From IMG/VR virus record IMGVR_UViG_3300037067_004979, positions 10,733 through 74,732 of that record: DNA of 64,000 nt, one strand, 5' to 3'. The position numbers and the translations under genes were made by a program. Below the pieces are notes generated by a model. The model was given only the letters and a program-made list of their open reading frames with translations, searched no databases and was not told the DNA's origin. Shown in pieces: positions 18,938-28,290 of the stretch. Position 1 is the first letter of the stretch; every line of letters starts with the position of its first letter. The DNA is from a virus (taxonomy: Duplodnaviria > Heunggongvirae > Uroviricota > Caudoviricetes).

Positions 18938-19270
18938 GTGTTTAGAGAGAAATATCATGAGGTAAAAGCCATTGACGAAGAGGTAAAAAACATACAAAAA
19001 GAGATTGTTTCTTTTCTTGCCAAAACCCAGGCTAAATATTCTGATATGCAGATAGAGCTTCGTAAGAAAACTGGTGAACTTATCATGAAGAGAGGGGCTC
19101 TAATTGAATCCCTTGAGAAACTTGGTACAAATGTCTTTATTGAGGATGGTGACAAGAAGGTTATGATTACCTTCTTTACCAATAAGACTGGCAAGAAATC
19201 TGTGTTCTTTAATGAGGGAATTACCCCAGAGGAAGCAGATAGACAACTCATGCTGGAGAATCTAAAGTAG
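18938..19270 (+). CDS. small coiled-coil protein with LMLENLK C-terminus
   Basis: GTG 18938 sits 8 nt after GGAGGA (same RBS spacing as other genes after this promoter type); C-term ADRQLMLENLK. Confidence 0.45.
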   Translation: MFREKYHEVKAIDEEVKNIQKEIVSFLAKTQAKYSDMQIELRKKTGELIMKRGALIESLEKLGTNVFIEDGDKKVMITFFTNKTGKKSVFFNEGITPEEADRQLMLENLK

Positions 19271-19272
19271 AG

Positions 19273-19575
19273 ATGAAAACATACTTTGGGATAATTGATG
19301 ATATGGGCATAGAGAGTTTCATTGATCTTGAGGGTCTAAAGAGGGAGGATATGCTGAGGGCCCTCAAGAATGAGAAAAAATATAAGATGGCCTCTACCAT
19401 AAACTATCTATTACTCAGAGCAAGAATGAATCCACACAGGCACTCTCAGGTATACTGTGTCACTCTGAGTGATGGCCTTGCTAAGAAGATGAATAGCATG
19501 ATAGAGCGTGGTTTATATATGGAAGCTGTTAGGTTTCTTGGAAAGCATGACATAGAGATAGTAAAGATCAAATGA
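19273..19575 (+). CDS. hypothetical protein
   Basis: 100-aa ORF. Confidence 0.4.
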   Translation: MKTYFGIIDDMGIESFIDLEGLKREDMLRALKNEKKYKMASTINYLLLRARMNPHRHSQVYCVTLSDGLAKKMNSMIERGLYMEAVRFLGKHDIEIVKIK

Positions 19576-19793
19576 AGAAATCCGAGTGTGAGTTTGCTGT
19601 GTATTGCCCATTTGGTAATGATAGATACTGTGCTGGGATACCACATAAAACATATCACTGTTTTGAACCCAAAGCAAGTCATCTATTCTGTACTGATCAG
19701 TGTCATGTTAGGGGCGAGGTTATTAGTAATTTTGGCGAGTTTAGGGCTCTGATACTTAGACGCAAGGTGTTGGCATATCTTGAGAAAGCATAG
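19572..19793 (+). CDS. Cys/His-rich small protein
   Basis: CEFAVYCPFGNDRYCAG...HCFEP...CTDQCH. Confidence 0.45.
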   Translation: MKKSECEFAVYCPFGNDRYCAGIPHKTYHCFEPKASHLFCTDQCHVRGEVISNFGEFRALILRRKVLAYLEKA

Positions 19794-20079
19794 GATCATG
19801 TGTTATATCTGCGGTAAGCAGGAGTCTGAGTTTGTTGTATATAGAGACGACGAGATGTTATTCTTCTATTACCCACATAAAACCTACCTCCTATGTAAGA
19901 AGTGTGCTGTGTTGGAGAGGCTGACAAATTCCACATACACCATGTATAAGATACGCAGCATAAGAAATGTTGAGGAACACTCCAAGTGGATTCGTAAGGC
20001 TGTTGTCTATGTTATTATAGAGAATAGAAAACACGTGAAGAAACTCATTAGAGCCTGGGGGATCGATGTCAGGAAGTAA
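19780..20079 (+). CDS. small zinc-ribbon protein
   Basis: CYICGKQE...LCKKCAV. Confidence 0.45.
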   Translation: MRKHRIMCYICGKQESEFVVYRDDEMLFFYYPHKTYLLCKKCAVLERLTNSTYTMYKIRSIRNVEEHSKWIRKAVVYVIIENRKHVKKLIRAWGIDVRK

Positions 20080-20182
20080 GTGCCCAGTCTGTAATAACTA
20101 TTGTAGTGATCCTGGTGGTGTATGTGTTTATTATTGTTGTAATCATGAACAAACCTGTTGTCTGGTCTGTGATCATTTTTAA
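20066..20182 (+). CDS. Cys-rich micro-protein (38 aa, 10 Cys), not in ORF track
   Basis: MSGSKCPVCNNYCSDPGGVCVYYCCNHEQTCCLVCDHF; contains CC-L-V-C motif of the local family; competes with overlapping ORF 20106-20324. Confidence 0.35.
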   Translation: MSGSKCPVCNNYCSDPGGVCVYYCCNHEQTCCLVCDHF

Positions 20183-20329
20183 GAGAGTTGCTGCAAAGAA
20201 ACTTAGGGGACACTGTGGTCTTCTTCAGGGTGGCCTCTACAAGAAGGTATTTGAAACATATAATATCACTGATTATTGTTTTCCCCTGAAAAACCCAAAG
20301 AGCAAGAGAGAGCTTAGTAAGTAGTATTA

Positions 20330-20347
20330 ATTGTTTTTTGGTATAAT
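20330..20347 (+). promoter_or_regulatory. conserved promoter motif TTGTTTTTTGGTATAAT
   Basis: Extended -10 copy followed by GGAGGATTT RBS. Confidence 0.5.
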
Positions 20348-20366
20348 TTCAAGTGGAGGATTTCAA

Positions 20367-21083
20367 ATGATTGAATTAACGCCAATTGAGAAAAAAATAC
20401 TGAGTGTATTTAAGGCTAGGGGAGCAGATGATGCTCTTAACATTGTTAAAGCACTAAAACAGAAACCAATCTACTATCAGGTGAGTGGCCTGAGACAGGA
20501 ATATAACCTAAGATTTGTTAAGGCTCTGATGAAGACATCCAGTCCAGCTGGAGCCAATGAGTACATCATATACTCCAATGGTGATTTGGGTAGTTACCAC
20601 AATGAAAAATACTTCTCAGGTTCGTTTACTGTGGGTGGATATCACAGAATCTATAATGGTTCTAATATCTCAGCTATTGAGACACCCAGCTGGGTATCTT
20701 CCTGCTTTGGCAAGACTGTTTCTGATGAGATCATTCAATACATAACAGATAATCTAAAAAGAGAGCAGGTTGTGGGAAGTCTGATTAGTAGAATTTGTGC
20801 AGGTTTAATTAAGAATATGGGTGAGGAGGATTGGGGATACACAGTGTTTAAGTATCTCATGACTGATGAGCATCTAACTGCACTGGATCTAACACTAGAG
20901 AATCTAATTCAACCTAATAAGAAATATGGTGCGCGTGACCTACAGGAGTATATCAGTGATATACTTAAGGGATACATCAATGATAACTTTGAGAACTACC
21001 TATCTGGGGACAGGTCATTTATGAATGTATCTCTGTCAGAGTGTTTGAGAAAATCAATGATGCTGAGTTTACTAAGAAGGTAG
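20367..21083 (+). CDS. hypothetical protein
   Basis: Start placed at ATG 20367 after GTGGAGGATTTCAA; 238 aa. Confidence 0.5.
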   Translation: MIELTPIEKKILSVFKARGADDALNIVKALKQKPIYYQVSGLRQEYNLRFVKALMKTSSPAGANEYIIYSNGDLGSYHNEKYFSGSFTVGGYHRIYNGSNISAIETPSWVSSCFGKTVSDEIIQYITDNLKREQVVGSLISRICAGLIKNMGEEDWGYTVFKYLMTDEHLTALDLTLENLIQPNKKYGARDLQEYISDILKGYINDNFENYLSGDRSFMNVSLSECLRKSMMLSLLRR

Positions 21084-21100
21084 ATATTTTTTGATATAAT
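21083..21100 (+). promoter_or_regulatory. conserved promoter motif ATTTTTTGATATAAT
   Basis: Extended -10 copy; GGAGGATTT RBS; ATG 21121. Confidence 0.5.
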
Positions 21101-21120
21101 TAAAAAATGGAGGATTTATT

Positions 21121-22152
21121 ATGAAACCATCACAAGTACTGGAGGCAATGGCTGTCTCCTACAAGAACAACGGACCACGTATCATTCTCATTGGTAGCCC
21201 CGGCACTGCAAAGACAAGTCTGGTAAATCAGCTGCCAGCATACATGAAGAAACCCAATCTTCCTGTATACACATTCCAGGCAACACTCTATGCACCTGAT
21301 GAGGTAAAAGGTTTACCCACTCTTGTTACCAAGTCTGATGGTAGGCAAGAGGCTGTATTCCTTCCGTTTCAGGATATGCCATCTGCACCGGAGGGTATAC
21401 TCAACATTGATGACCTGCCACATGCACCGACAGCTACACAGAATGCCTTTATGAGACTGATTCTTGAAAACATCTGTGGGGCATGGAATCTGGGTGGTAT
21501 CAGACCATTTGCCACAGGAAACCGGTCAAGTGATCGAGCTGGTGCAAAGGATCTGCAATCTGCAATGGCCAACAGGTTTACCAGAATAGAGGTAGACATC
21601 AACTATGAGGATTGGAGATCCTGGGCAATAGGACAGAACATACGACCAGAGATCATATCATTTCTTGGTGCTCCCTATGGAGCAGAGTGGCTCAACAATG
21701 ACAAGTTTGATCCTGGTAGGCAGGTCAATCCCACCCCAAGGTCATGGGAGTTTGCCTCAAGGTGGTTTGAGGCCTTCAAGGGACAGGGTGAGGTGCTTCA
21801 TGAGTGTCTGAATGGATGCATTGGTGGAGCGGCTACATCAAAGTTCATGGGCTGGTTGAAGGTCTACTCTGAGTTGCCAGATCTTAATCTGATCATGCAG
21901 GGTGCTAAGACATACCCTGAAAAACTTGACATCTTCTATGCCTGCATATCTGGTCTGGTACAACTAGCCAGAAACTCAACAAAGAGAGCACAGGCTTTCC
22001 AGACTCTGGTTGATTATGCCACCACCATACCTGATAAGTATATTGAGATGGGTGCCATGCTCAGTAAAGACCTATTTCTTTTGGATGAGAAGGTCTTTAC
22101 CAAGTGCAACATCAGCAAGTGGCAAAACAGATATGAGGATGTAATTCTCTAA
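21121..22152 (+). CDS. MoxR-like AAA+ ATPase
   Basis: Walker A LIGSPGTAKTS, Walker B LNIDDL, sensor/arginine finger region; size 343 aa typical of MoxR/CbbQ family; GC-richer than flanks. Confidence 0.7.
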   Translation: MKPSQVLEAMAVSYKNNGPRIILIGSPGTAKTSLVNQLPAYMKKPNLPVYTFQATLYAPDEVKGLPTLVTKSDGRQEAVFLPFQDMPSAPEGILNIDDLPHAPTATQNAFMRLILENICGAWNLGGIRPFATGNRSSDRAGAKDLQSAMANRFTRIEVDINYEDWRSWAIGQNIRPEIISFLGAPYGAEWLNNDKFDPGRQVNPTPRSWEFASRWFEAFKGQGEVLHECLNGCIGGAATSKFMGWLKVYSELPDLNLIMQGAKTYPEKLDIFYACISGLVQLARNSTKRAQAFQTLVDYATTIPDKYIEMGAMLSKDLFLLDEKVFTKCNISKWQNRYEDVIL

Positions 22153-22206
22153 TATTCCAACGCAGTCCATCATTCACATGGTGGACTGAATGGAGGATTA
22201 AAGAAA

Positions 22207-23373
22207 ATGGATAAGAAAGTAATAAGAGCTAAGGTACAACTGATGTTGAAGTACCCCTTCTTTGGGGCTCTGTCAGCTCTTCTTGAACTTGTAGATTATG
22301 ATGGTAATACCTTTGCTACTGATGGAAAGCACATCTTTGTACCACCGAAGGAATACTATGATGGCACCAAGGGGCTTCTCTATGATGACTCACAACTGAT
22401 AACAGTCATAGCCCATGAAACTGCTCACTGTGCATTCCTGCATAGCTACAGAGAGGGCAATCGTAACCACATGGGATGGAATGTAGCTGGTGATCTTGCC
22501 ATTAATCCAATCCTGAAACAGGCAGGGCTGAGTGTTAATCCGGCCTGGTTATACAACAAGGATTATGAGGGGATGACTGCAGAGAGAATATATGAGCTTC
22601 TACCAAAGGTTTATGTTTCCTCTTCAGGTGGTGGATCTGGGTCTGGATCTGGGGGTGGCATGTCTGTTCCAGGAAATATGAATGACATCAAGGACTCAAA
22701 GGGTCAGAATAAGTCTAAGGGTAAGGACACTAACGATAGATACATGACTGAAAATGACTGGAAGGATGCTGTTGCTCAGGCTGCTCAGGATGCAAAGCAG
22801 AAGGGAAAGCTACCAGGTGGTCTTGAACAGTACATAGAGGAATTTCTTAATCCAAAGATTCCCTGGCAACAGGTGCTCATGAGATACCTGCAAACATCAA
22901 GGGGATGCAGTGACTATCGTAGTTATCCATATCGCCGGGCTCATCTTCACAGAGGATTATACATGAGTTCACTTGCTGGAGACAGCATTGAGTTGGTCTG
23001 TGCAATTGATACCTCTGGATCCATTGGTGATGTTGAGTTTAAATCATTCCTGGGTGAGATATGTGGAATATGTCAAGCCTTTGGTGAATATCAGATACAC
23101 CTATTTCAGTGTGATGCTCAAATTCATGAGTATACTGTGATAGAATCAGAGGCTGATGTTCCTCACAAGATGAAGGGTCGTGGTGGTACCAGTTTTGTAC
23201 CGGTATTTGAGAAGGTTAATGAACTTGAGCTTGATGATCTACCCCTGGTGTACTTCACCGATCTGTGTGGTGATTTCCCATCAGAGGGTAAATCTAACAC
23301 ATATTGGGTTGTTAGGGAGGAGTTTGCCAAGCAATTTAAGCCACCATTTGGGGAGGTCATCGAGCTAGACTAA
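22207..23373 (+). CDS. VWA-domain protein with N-terminal HExxH metallopeptidase-like domain (DUF2201-like partner of MoxR)
   Basis: AHETAHCAFLH HExxH; Gly/Ser linker; MIDAS motif CAIDTSGSIGD; adjacency to AAA+ ATPase. Confidence 0.65.
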   Translation: MDKKVIRAKVQLMLKYPFFGALSALLELVDYDGNTFATDGKHIFVPPKEYYDGTKGLLYDDSQLITVIAHETAHCAFLHSYREGNRNHMGWNVAGDLAINPILKQAGLSVNPAWLYNKDYEGMTAERIYELLPKVYVSSSGGGSGSGSGGGMSVPGNMNDIKDSKGQNKSKGKDTNDRYMTENDWKDAVAQAAQDAKQKGKLPGGLEQYIEEFLNPKIPWQQVLMRYLQTSRGCSDYRSYPYRRAHLHRGLYMSSLAGDSIELVCAIDTSGSIGDVEFKSFLGEICGICQAFGEYQIHLFQCDAQIHEYTVIESEADVPHKMKGRGGTSFVPVFEKVNELELDDLPLVYFTDLCGDFPSEGKSNTYWVVREEFAKQFKPPFGEVIELD

Positions 23374-23386
23374 ATCCTCCATTAGT

Positions 23387-23434
23387 ATGGGTGCTGGGGT
23401 ATATCTCTAGCACCCATATTCTCTCTTTATTTGG
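23387..23434 (+). terminator. rho-independent terminator
   Basis: Perfect 9-bp stem ATGGGTGCT/AGCACCCAT then T-rich tract. Confidence 0.55.
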
Positions 23435-23446
23435 TGAGGAAATCAA

Positions 23447-23749
23447 ATGAAAAATTCAGATAAGATTAAGACAATCCTAACAATCCTAGATGAATACTAT
23501 TCCTGTCATGAGACTAGTGATTCCTGGAGTCTTAGTTATACCAGAGAAACCAAATGTAGATGTTGTGATAAGATTCTGGAAGATCATGACTTTCCTATTC
23601 TATGTACTAGATGTTATCTATATATGTGTGATCAGGTTATTCGCAGTTTTCCTCATTTTAGTGGTTGGTTTTGGAAGGACATATTCAAAGAGTTTACAGT
23701 AGAGGAGATATATAAATCAATTCTCACGAGGAGTCTTTCTGGTGGATAG
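23447..23749 (+). CDS. small zinc-ribbon protein
   Basis: CRCCDK...LCTRCYLYMCD. Confidence 0.5.
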   Translation: MKNSDKIKTILTILDEYYSCHETSDSWSLSYTRETKCRCCDKILEDHDFPILCTRCYLYMCDQVIRSFPHFSGWFWKDIFKEFTVEEIYKSILTRSLSGG

Positions 23750-23999
23750 AGCTATCTGTTGTAGACTATTTTTGTGCAAGCAAGCAGAAGAAAGGCCTGA
23801 GGCACAATTAAAAATTATCAATGGATCCCTCTATTGTGGTAGTTGTGATAGGTATACTGGAATACACTCATGCTGTGTGTATTGTAATACAGATAGATAT
23901 TATGGTTGTAAGACACTTACCAAATACATAAGCAAATCTTTCATAGAAGAGAAAATACCTGAGATAAAGCTCGCCATGATGCTGAGAAATCTATCATGA
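23742..23999 (+). CDS. Cys-rich small protein (CC-x-Y-C, MML tail)
   Basis: CCRLFLC...CGSC...CCVYCNTDRYYGC; C-term KLAMMLRNLS. Confidence 0.5.
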   Translation: MDRAICCRLFLCKQAEERPEAQLKIINGSLYCGSCDRYTGIHSCCVYCNTDRYYGCKTLTKYISKSFIEEKIPEIKLAMMLRNLS

Positions 24000-24256
24000 A
24001 CAGACAGATTTGTTATGATCTGATTAAGTGTAAACAAGCCGAAAATGCCCTATATGATGAATTGATTCTCATTAATGATATGTTACATTGTGGTTACTGC
24101 TCCAATCTTGGACTTTTGCATCCCTGTTGTGTTTTCTGTAAAGAGAAATGTAAGGGTAGAGACTATGTAAGAGGTATTAATAAGAGTATGATCATCAAAG
24201 CTCTTCCTAAGATAAAGAAAGCCATGATGTTGGAGGCCTTGAATGATAGAGACTAA
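23996..24256 (+). CDS. Cys-rich small protein, tandem paralog
   Basis: CGYC...CCVFCKEKC; C-term IKKAMMLEALNDRD. Confidence 0.5.
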   Translation: MNRQICYDLIKCKQAENALYDELILINDMLHCGYCSNLGLLHPCCVFCKEKCKGRDYVRGINKSMIIKALPKIKKAMMLEALNDRD

Positions 24257-24551
24257 CAAGGTTAGATATGTGTTATCTACAATGGAGAAATTCTATCAAG
24301 ATAAAACTTACAAGACAGTTTGGGTTATTGGAGAGAATAATACAGATGTCTGCCCAACTTGTGGGAAACATGTCAAATATAAAGAATATATTTATGGGGT
24401 TTGTACACCATGCTATATAGATGTTTGTGATTTAGTGCGCTCAGCTATTGGTAGCTTTGAATATGGATACTGGGATGAAATTATAAGTGGAATAGGTGTT
24501 GAGAAACTGGTTGAGCTCTGCATGCTTAAGAAACTTGGGAGTACAGAGTAG
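24243..24551 (+). CDS. small zinc-ribbon protein
   Basis: CPTCGKHV...CTPCYIDVCD. Confidence 0.5.
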   Translation: MIETNKVRYVLSTMEKFYQDKTYKTVWVIGENNTDVCPTCGKHVKYKEYIYGVCTPCYIDVCDLVRSAIGSFEYGYWDEIISGIGVEKLVELCMLKKLGSTE

Positions 24552-24666
24552 ATGGTTGAGCTACTATTTGTGATATCAATCATCTCATTCATAGTTCAGT
24601 GCTATGCTAAGAAGAGAGAGAAGGAATGCAAGCATGATGAAAACAGAGAGGCTATGCTAAGGAAAC

Positions 24667-24888
24667 TTGGTGGTGATGACTAGTTTCTGTAGGATGGCCA
24701 GATGTACTATTAGTAGTGACTTCTTTAATGTTGCAACAAGAGAGTGCAGTTTTTCCTGCGGTAATGGTTCACGGCTGACTTGTTGTGTATTTTGTGGTAA
24801 GGAAAAATGTAGTCTCAGATGTGCTAAACAGATTATGGATACTCAGGAAATAAAAAGGATGATGATGCTATGTCAGTTAAGTCAGTAA
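24667..24888 (+). CDS. Cys-rich small protein (MML tail)
   Basis: CSFSCGNGSRLTCCVFCGKEKC; C-term IKRMMMLCQLSQ. Confidence 0.45.
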   Translation: MVVMTSFCRMARCTISSDFFNVATRECSFSCGNGSRLTCCVFCGKEKCSLRCAKQIMDTQEIKRMMMLCQLSQ

Positions 24889-25136
24889 AATGTCATGACG
24901 TGATTGGTAAGTGTGATTATGTCTTTACACAACATGGTGAGATATTAGAGGGAGCCATAGTTTGTAATAACTTAGCATATCAGTCAACCAATAATTCATG
25001 TTGTAAGACCTGCTGTTATCTATGTAAAAGTGATCGTAAGTGTCTGACTATAACAGGAGAGGGTGAGGGATTGTCTCTACTAATGAAAAAAAGAAAGATT
25101 ATGAAGATAATCAGAGACATGAAAAGATGTTTATGA
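24870..25136 (+). CDS. Cys-rich small protein (CC-x-L-C subfamily)
   Basis: CCKTCCYLCKSDRKC. Confidence 0.45.
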   Translation: MSVKSVKCHDVIGKCDYVFTQHGEILEGAIVCNNLAYQSTNNSCCKTCCYLCKSDRKCLTITGEGEGLSLLMKKRKIMKIIRDMKRCL

Positions 25137-25157
25137 TAAGATATCAATTGGAGGATT

Positions 25158-25403
25158 ATGAACATGAAAACAGAGAAAGAACTTGAATTAGCAGCAACAC
25201 TAATCAATGCTGTTTCAACAGAAGCCTCAAGGGGATTACCAACCTCAATCACTGAGGTATCACTCATGTGCCCCGGTGTGCTAACAGCCCTGGAAGCAGT
25301 TTCTCAATCAGAGGACAATAGGATTGCTCAGGCTGGATTCAGGATTGGAGCCTACGTTGGATTCCTTCTTAGCATTCAGATTGCCTTCGGGCAGAGGAAG
25401 TAA
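25158..25403 (+). CDS. hypothetical small protein
   Basis: RBS GGAGGATT; 81 aa. Confidence 0.45.
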   Translation: MNMKTEKELELAATLINAVSTEASRGLPTSITEVSLMCPGVLTALEAVSQSEDNRIAQAGFRIGAYVGFLLSIQIAFGQRK

Positions 25404-25697
25404 ATGAATATCCCAACCTTTGATGAATTGACCAGAAAATATAACATCACTGAACCAAATAGGGTACAGAAAGCCATTGACTTTGCCACTACCATGACAG
25501 ACTATGATGAGGCTCTTACACTGCTTATCATCACACATGATGAACATACCAAAGCTTTTAGAAATTCAAATTTAACAAAGCTTATGGAATCACCATTAGC
25601 AAATTATATCTTAAAGAATTTGCAGGATCACCCCATCTTTGTACAACTTCATGGTTGCCCTGTGTATATTGAAAATATAAAAAATATGGATGATTAA
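25404..25697 (+). CDS. hypothetical protein
   Basis: 97-aa ORF. Confidence 0.45.
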   Translation: MNIPTFDELTRKYNITEPNRVQKAIDFATTMTDYDEALTLLIITHDEHTKAFRNSNLTKLMESPLANYILKNLQDHPIFVQLHGCPVYIENIKNMDD

Positions 25698-25700
25698 AAA

Positions 25701-25985
25701 ATGTTAAAGAAAATATCAAATGTGATCAAAGAGTACCAAGGTAGGAGGAGGAATTTTAAATCTCTGCAGTCTGAGTATCAAAAGAAATTGAATGTCCTGT
25801 TACAAGATACATCAATGGATATTCAATACAGGCTTCTCTTTATCTGTCGCATGCGCATAGAGAATGAGAAGTTATTTGACAGTTTGGATTTATCTGTTTT
25901 TCAGGAGATATATGAGCAATATGTCCTTGATAAGAAATTCTATGATGGTTGGCTTGCCTGGGTAAGAGAAAATAAACTCGTCTAG
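25701..25985 (+). CDS. hypothetical protein
   Basis: 94-aa ORF. Confidence 0.45.
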   Translation: MLKKISNVIKEYQGRRRNFKSLQSEYQKKLNVLLQDTSMDIQYRLLFICRMRIENEKLFDSLDLSVFQEIYEQYVLDKKFYDGWLAWVRENKLV

Positions 25986-26002
25986 ATGTTTTTTGGTATA
26001 AT
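25985..26002 (+). promoter_or_regulatory. conserved promoter motif GATGTTTTTTGGTATAAT
   Basis: Exact copy of motif at 14731. Confidence 0.55.
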
Positions 26003-26041
26003 ACAGAATATAAAAATATTTTAAAAGGAGGAATTTAGAAT

Positions 26042-26686
26042 ATGTCAAAGAAAAACAAGGTCACTCATGCAGGGGGCATGACAGTAGAGCGAGTTGACAA
26101 TCTCCAGGAAATTCTGCCTGAGGTAGAGAAGTCAACAGCAAACTCTGTAGAACATACAGAGACAGACACCAAGCAAATGTATGATAGCTTTTTCGAGAAG
26201 CTCATACAGAAACTTGGCATTAAGCCTTCATGGGCCGGCACGCGTCATCTCAGGATATTCAATTCTGAGAAAGGCAGCAATTACTTCGTGGTTGTTTTCC
26301 ATCCAAAGACAGGACTGGTTGGCTGCGAGTTCTGGATGAGAGGAAAGAGGTCATTCACAGAAGAGATGCTGGAGAGGCTGCCCAGTCTCGGTCTAAATGA
26401 GGAAGTTGTACCAAAATACAACAACGGGAAGGATGCACACATCCAGGTCAGCATGGAAACAAAAAATGCCACCCCTGAATGGGCATCAAAGACATTGAAA
26501 AAAATGATGGACATCATCAACCCGCTTCTCAAAGTTGAAGAGACCACAGCGCCGGCGGCAACAGAAGAGAAAAAATCACATAAAGGCAAGGCCAGGAAGG
26601 TAGCTGAGGTGACCACTCCGACTGAGGAACACCTTGATGTTGAGGTTACTGATCAGGGTGCGGGGGAACCCCTTCTGATTAAATAG
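26042..26686 (+). CDS. hypothetical protein (compositionally GC-richer gene)
   Basis: RBS AAGGAGGAATT; 214 aa; visibly higher GC (e.g. GGGCCGGCACGCGTC, CAGCGCCGGCGGCAAC). Confidence 0.5.
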   Translation: MSKKNKVTHAGGMTVERVDNLQEILPEVEKSTANSVEHTETDTKQMYDSFFEKLIQKLGIKPSWAGTRHLRIFNSEKGSNYFVVVFHPKTGLVGCEFWMRGKRSFTEEMLERLPSLGLNEEVVPKYNNGKDAHIQVSMETKNATPEWASKTLKKMMDIINPLLKVEETTAPAATEEKKSHKGKARKVAEVTTPTEEHLDVEVTDQGAGEPLLIK

Positions 26687-26760
26687 AATTCCCAATCACA
26701 ACAAGATATTTGGGTAGGACAATAACAGTCCTACCCATTTTCTTTGTCTGTTGAGAACTA

Positions 26761-26778
26761 GATGTTTTGTGATATGAT
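26761..26778 (+). promoter_or_regulatory. variant of conserved promoter motif GATGTTTTGTGATATGAT
   Basis: Degenerate copy followed by ACGGAGGATTAG RBS. Confidence 0.4.
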
Positions 26779-26814
26779 ATATACATCTTAATAAAAAAAC
26801 GGAGGATTAGATAA

Positions 26815-27015
26815 ATGGCAAAGAAAGTACAGACACAGGAAACTGAGACCAAGACAAAGGCCATCAAGGTAGATATAACACAGATGGTAATAACTCACGC
26901 CTACCAGAGAAATTACAAAACTGGTTCAACTGGGTTCTTTGGCCAGGGAATGGATCCACAGACTGGAAAGAAGTATCAGATTCTCGGTTGTGTTGAGGTC
27001 AAACCGAAAGCATAA
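26815..27015 (+). CDS. small basic protein
   Basis: 66 aa, own promoter and terminator. Confidence 0.5.
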   Translation: MAKKVQTQETETKTKAIKVDITQMVITHAYQRNYKTGSTGFFGQGMDPQTGKKYQILGCVEVKPKA

Positions 27016-27035
27016 ATCAATTCAATTCATAATTT

Positions 27036-27068
27036 GGGGGAGTTGAAAGATATTCCCCCTTTTTATTG
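27036..27068 (+). terminator. rho-independent terminator
   Basis: GGGGGA-loop-TCCCCC followed by TTTTTATTGTT. Confidence 0.6.
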
Positions 27069-27069
27069 T

Positions 27070-28290
27070 TATTAAAAACTAGTCATATATGAACATCATA
27101 TTATATGAAGCTAATCATCCATCAATATAGACTCCAATCCAAATCAAATACGCAATATAAATGATGCCACAATAGCCAAGAGACACACACAAATACAAAA
27201 CCAATATAAACCTATATCAATAAAATGTGGGGCAAAAGAAAGATAGAACAAATGTATTAAACCTAGATACATGACAATATGATCAAATAAGAAGAGTACG
27301 ATTGAGACAGAATCAAACCAATTCAAAGCCAATTCAAAGTTGCTACCTCATCTCTCTGCCAACAGGTTCATATAAGACTATTTTTATCCAGGCGGACGGA
27401 GAAAGTACACTTTAGAACAAATGTATTATAATATTACCAGGTAGCAAATCGTATCCAAAACACGATCAATTATACAACAAATTTGCGCTCAGAATGACCA
27501 AGAATGATGCCGAAGTCATTTATTAATGATAGTATATTGATAAACACTTGTTCTATTAATCTTGAGCAAACGGGGCATTAAAAAGAACAAATACGTATGG
27601 ATGACTAGAACACTTGTATTATTCATATATGACTGTTTCTGAGACATCTTTATTGTAAAGCTGGAATTGGAATCAAATTCTATTCACGCCGTCAATGATA
27701 TAATATCAACAAATATGACTTTGTATTTGGTTAGAGAGTTCATTTATGACCATCAAAAGTTACTCAATTTGATCGTAATATTGCCAATTCCTAATTCAAG
27801 TATGTTTCTTTGACGCCACGAAGCTCAAGGATGATGCCGAGACAAGTTATGCGCTAGATTCTATTGGTGGATGAAATATATACTTATTTGCGCTCCAGAA
27901 GACCCTGATTAATAGCACAATTGTGTTGTCATATATGACTATTTGATCGTATCCTTATGTAAAGAAGCACACTTGTACTAGTTTGTTATAGAACAAATGG
28001 GCTAATTAGAACAGATGTGCTGTGTATCATTATGTAATGTAATTAACTAACTATCATATATGACATACATAATAACAAATATGGTTGGTTAATTAATACA
28101 TATATGACTATCTCTATGATATATGCTATATGACCATCATATATGACTGTCTTCCATGATTGTCTCATAACCCCCCATTATGTCAAATGCTTACTATATG
28201 ATATTCATATGTGACTATTGACCTGCAAGTCAGGGACTTACTTGAAAATTTTTTGACCTGAATTTATATCTGGGAACAATATATGATATC
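27070..28290. repeat. 1.2-kb non-coding divergent region with iterated motifs (TCATATATGACT x>=8; ACACTTGTA; AGAACAAATG)
   Basis: No ORF >62 aa; copies at ~27084, 27624, 27942, 28055, 28103, 28130, 28139, 28205; candidate origin/regulatory hub. Confidence 0.55.

Noticed and set aside
20106-20324. Track ORF 20106-20324 (+) 72 aa hydrophobic protein
   Set aside because: Overlaps the 10-Cys micro-ORF 20066-20182 that carries the family motif. Only one is likely real; kept the Cys-rich one but with low confidence.
22153-22206. Hairpin CAGTCCA...TGGACTG between the AAA+ and VWA genes as a terminator
   Set aside because: No T-tract follows; more likely an RNA structure or nothing. The two genes are probably co-transcribed.
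27070-28290. Possible CRISPR array in the repeat-rich non-coding region
   Set aside because: Repeats are short (12-14 nt), degenerate and irregularly spaced with no uniform spacer length. Better explained as iterons/operator sites.
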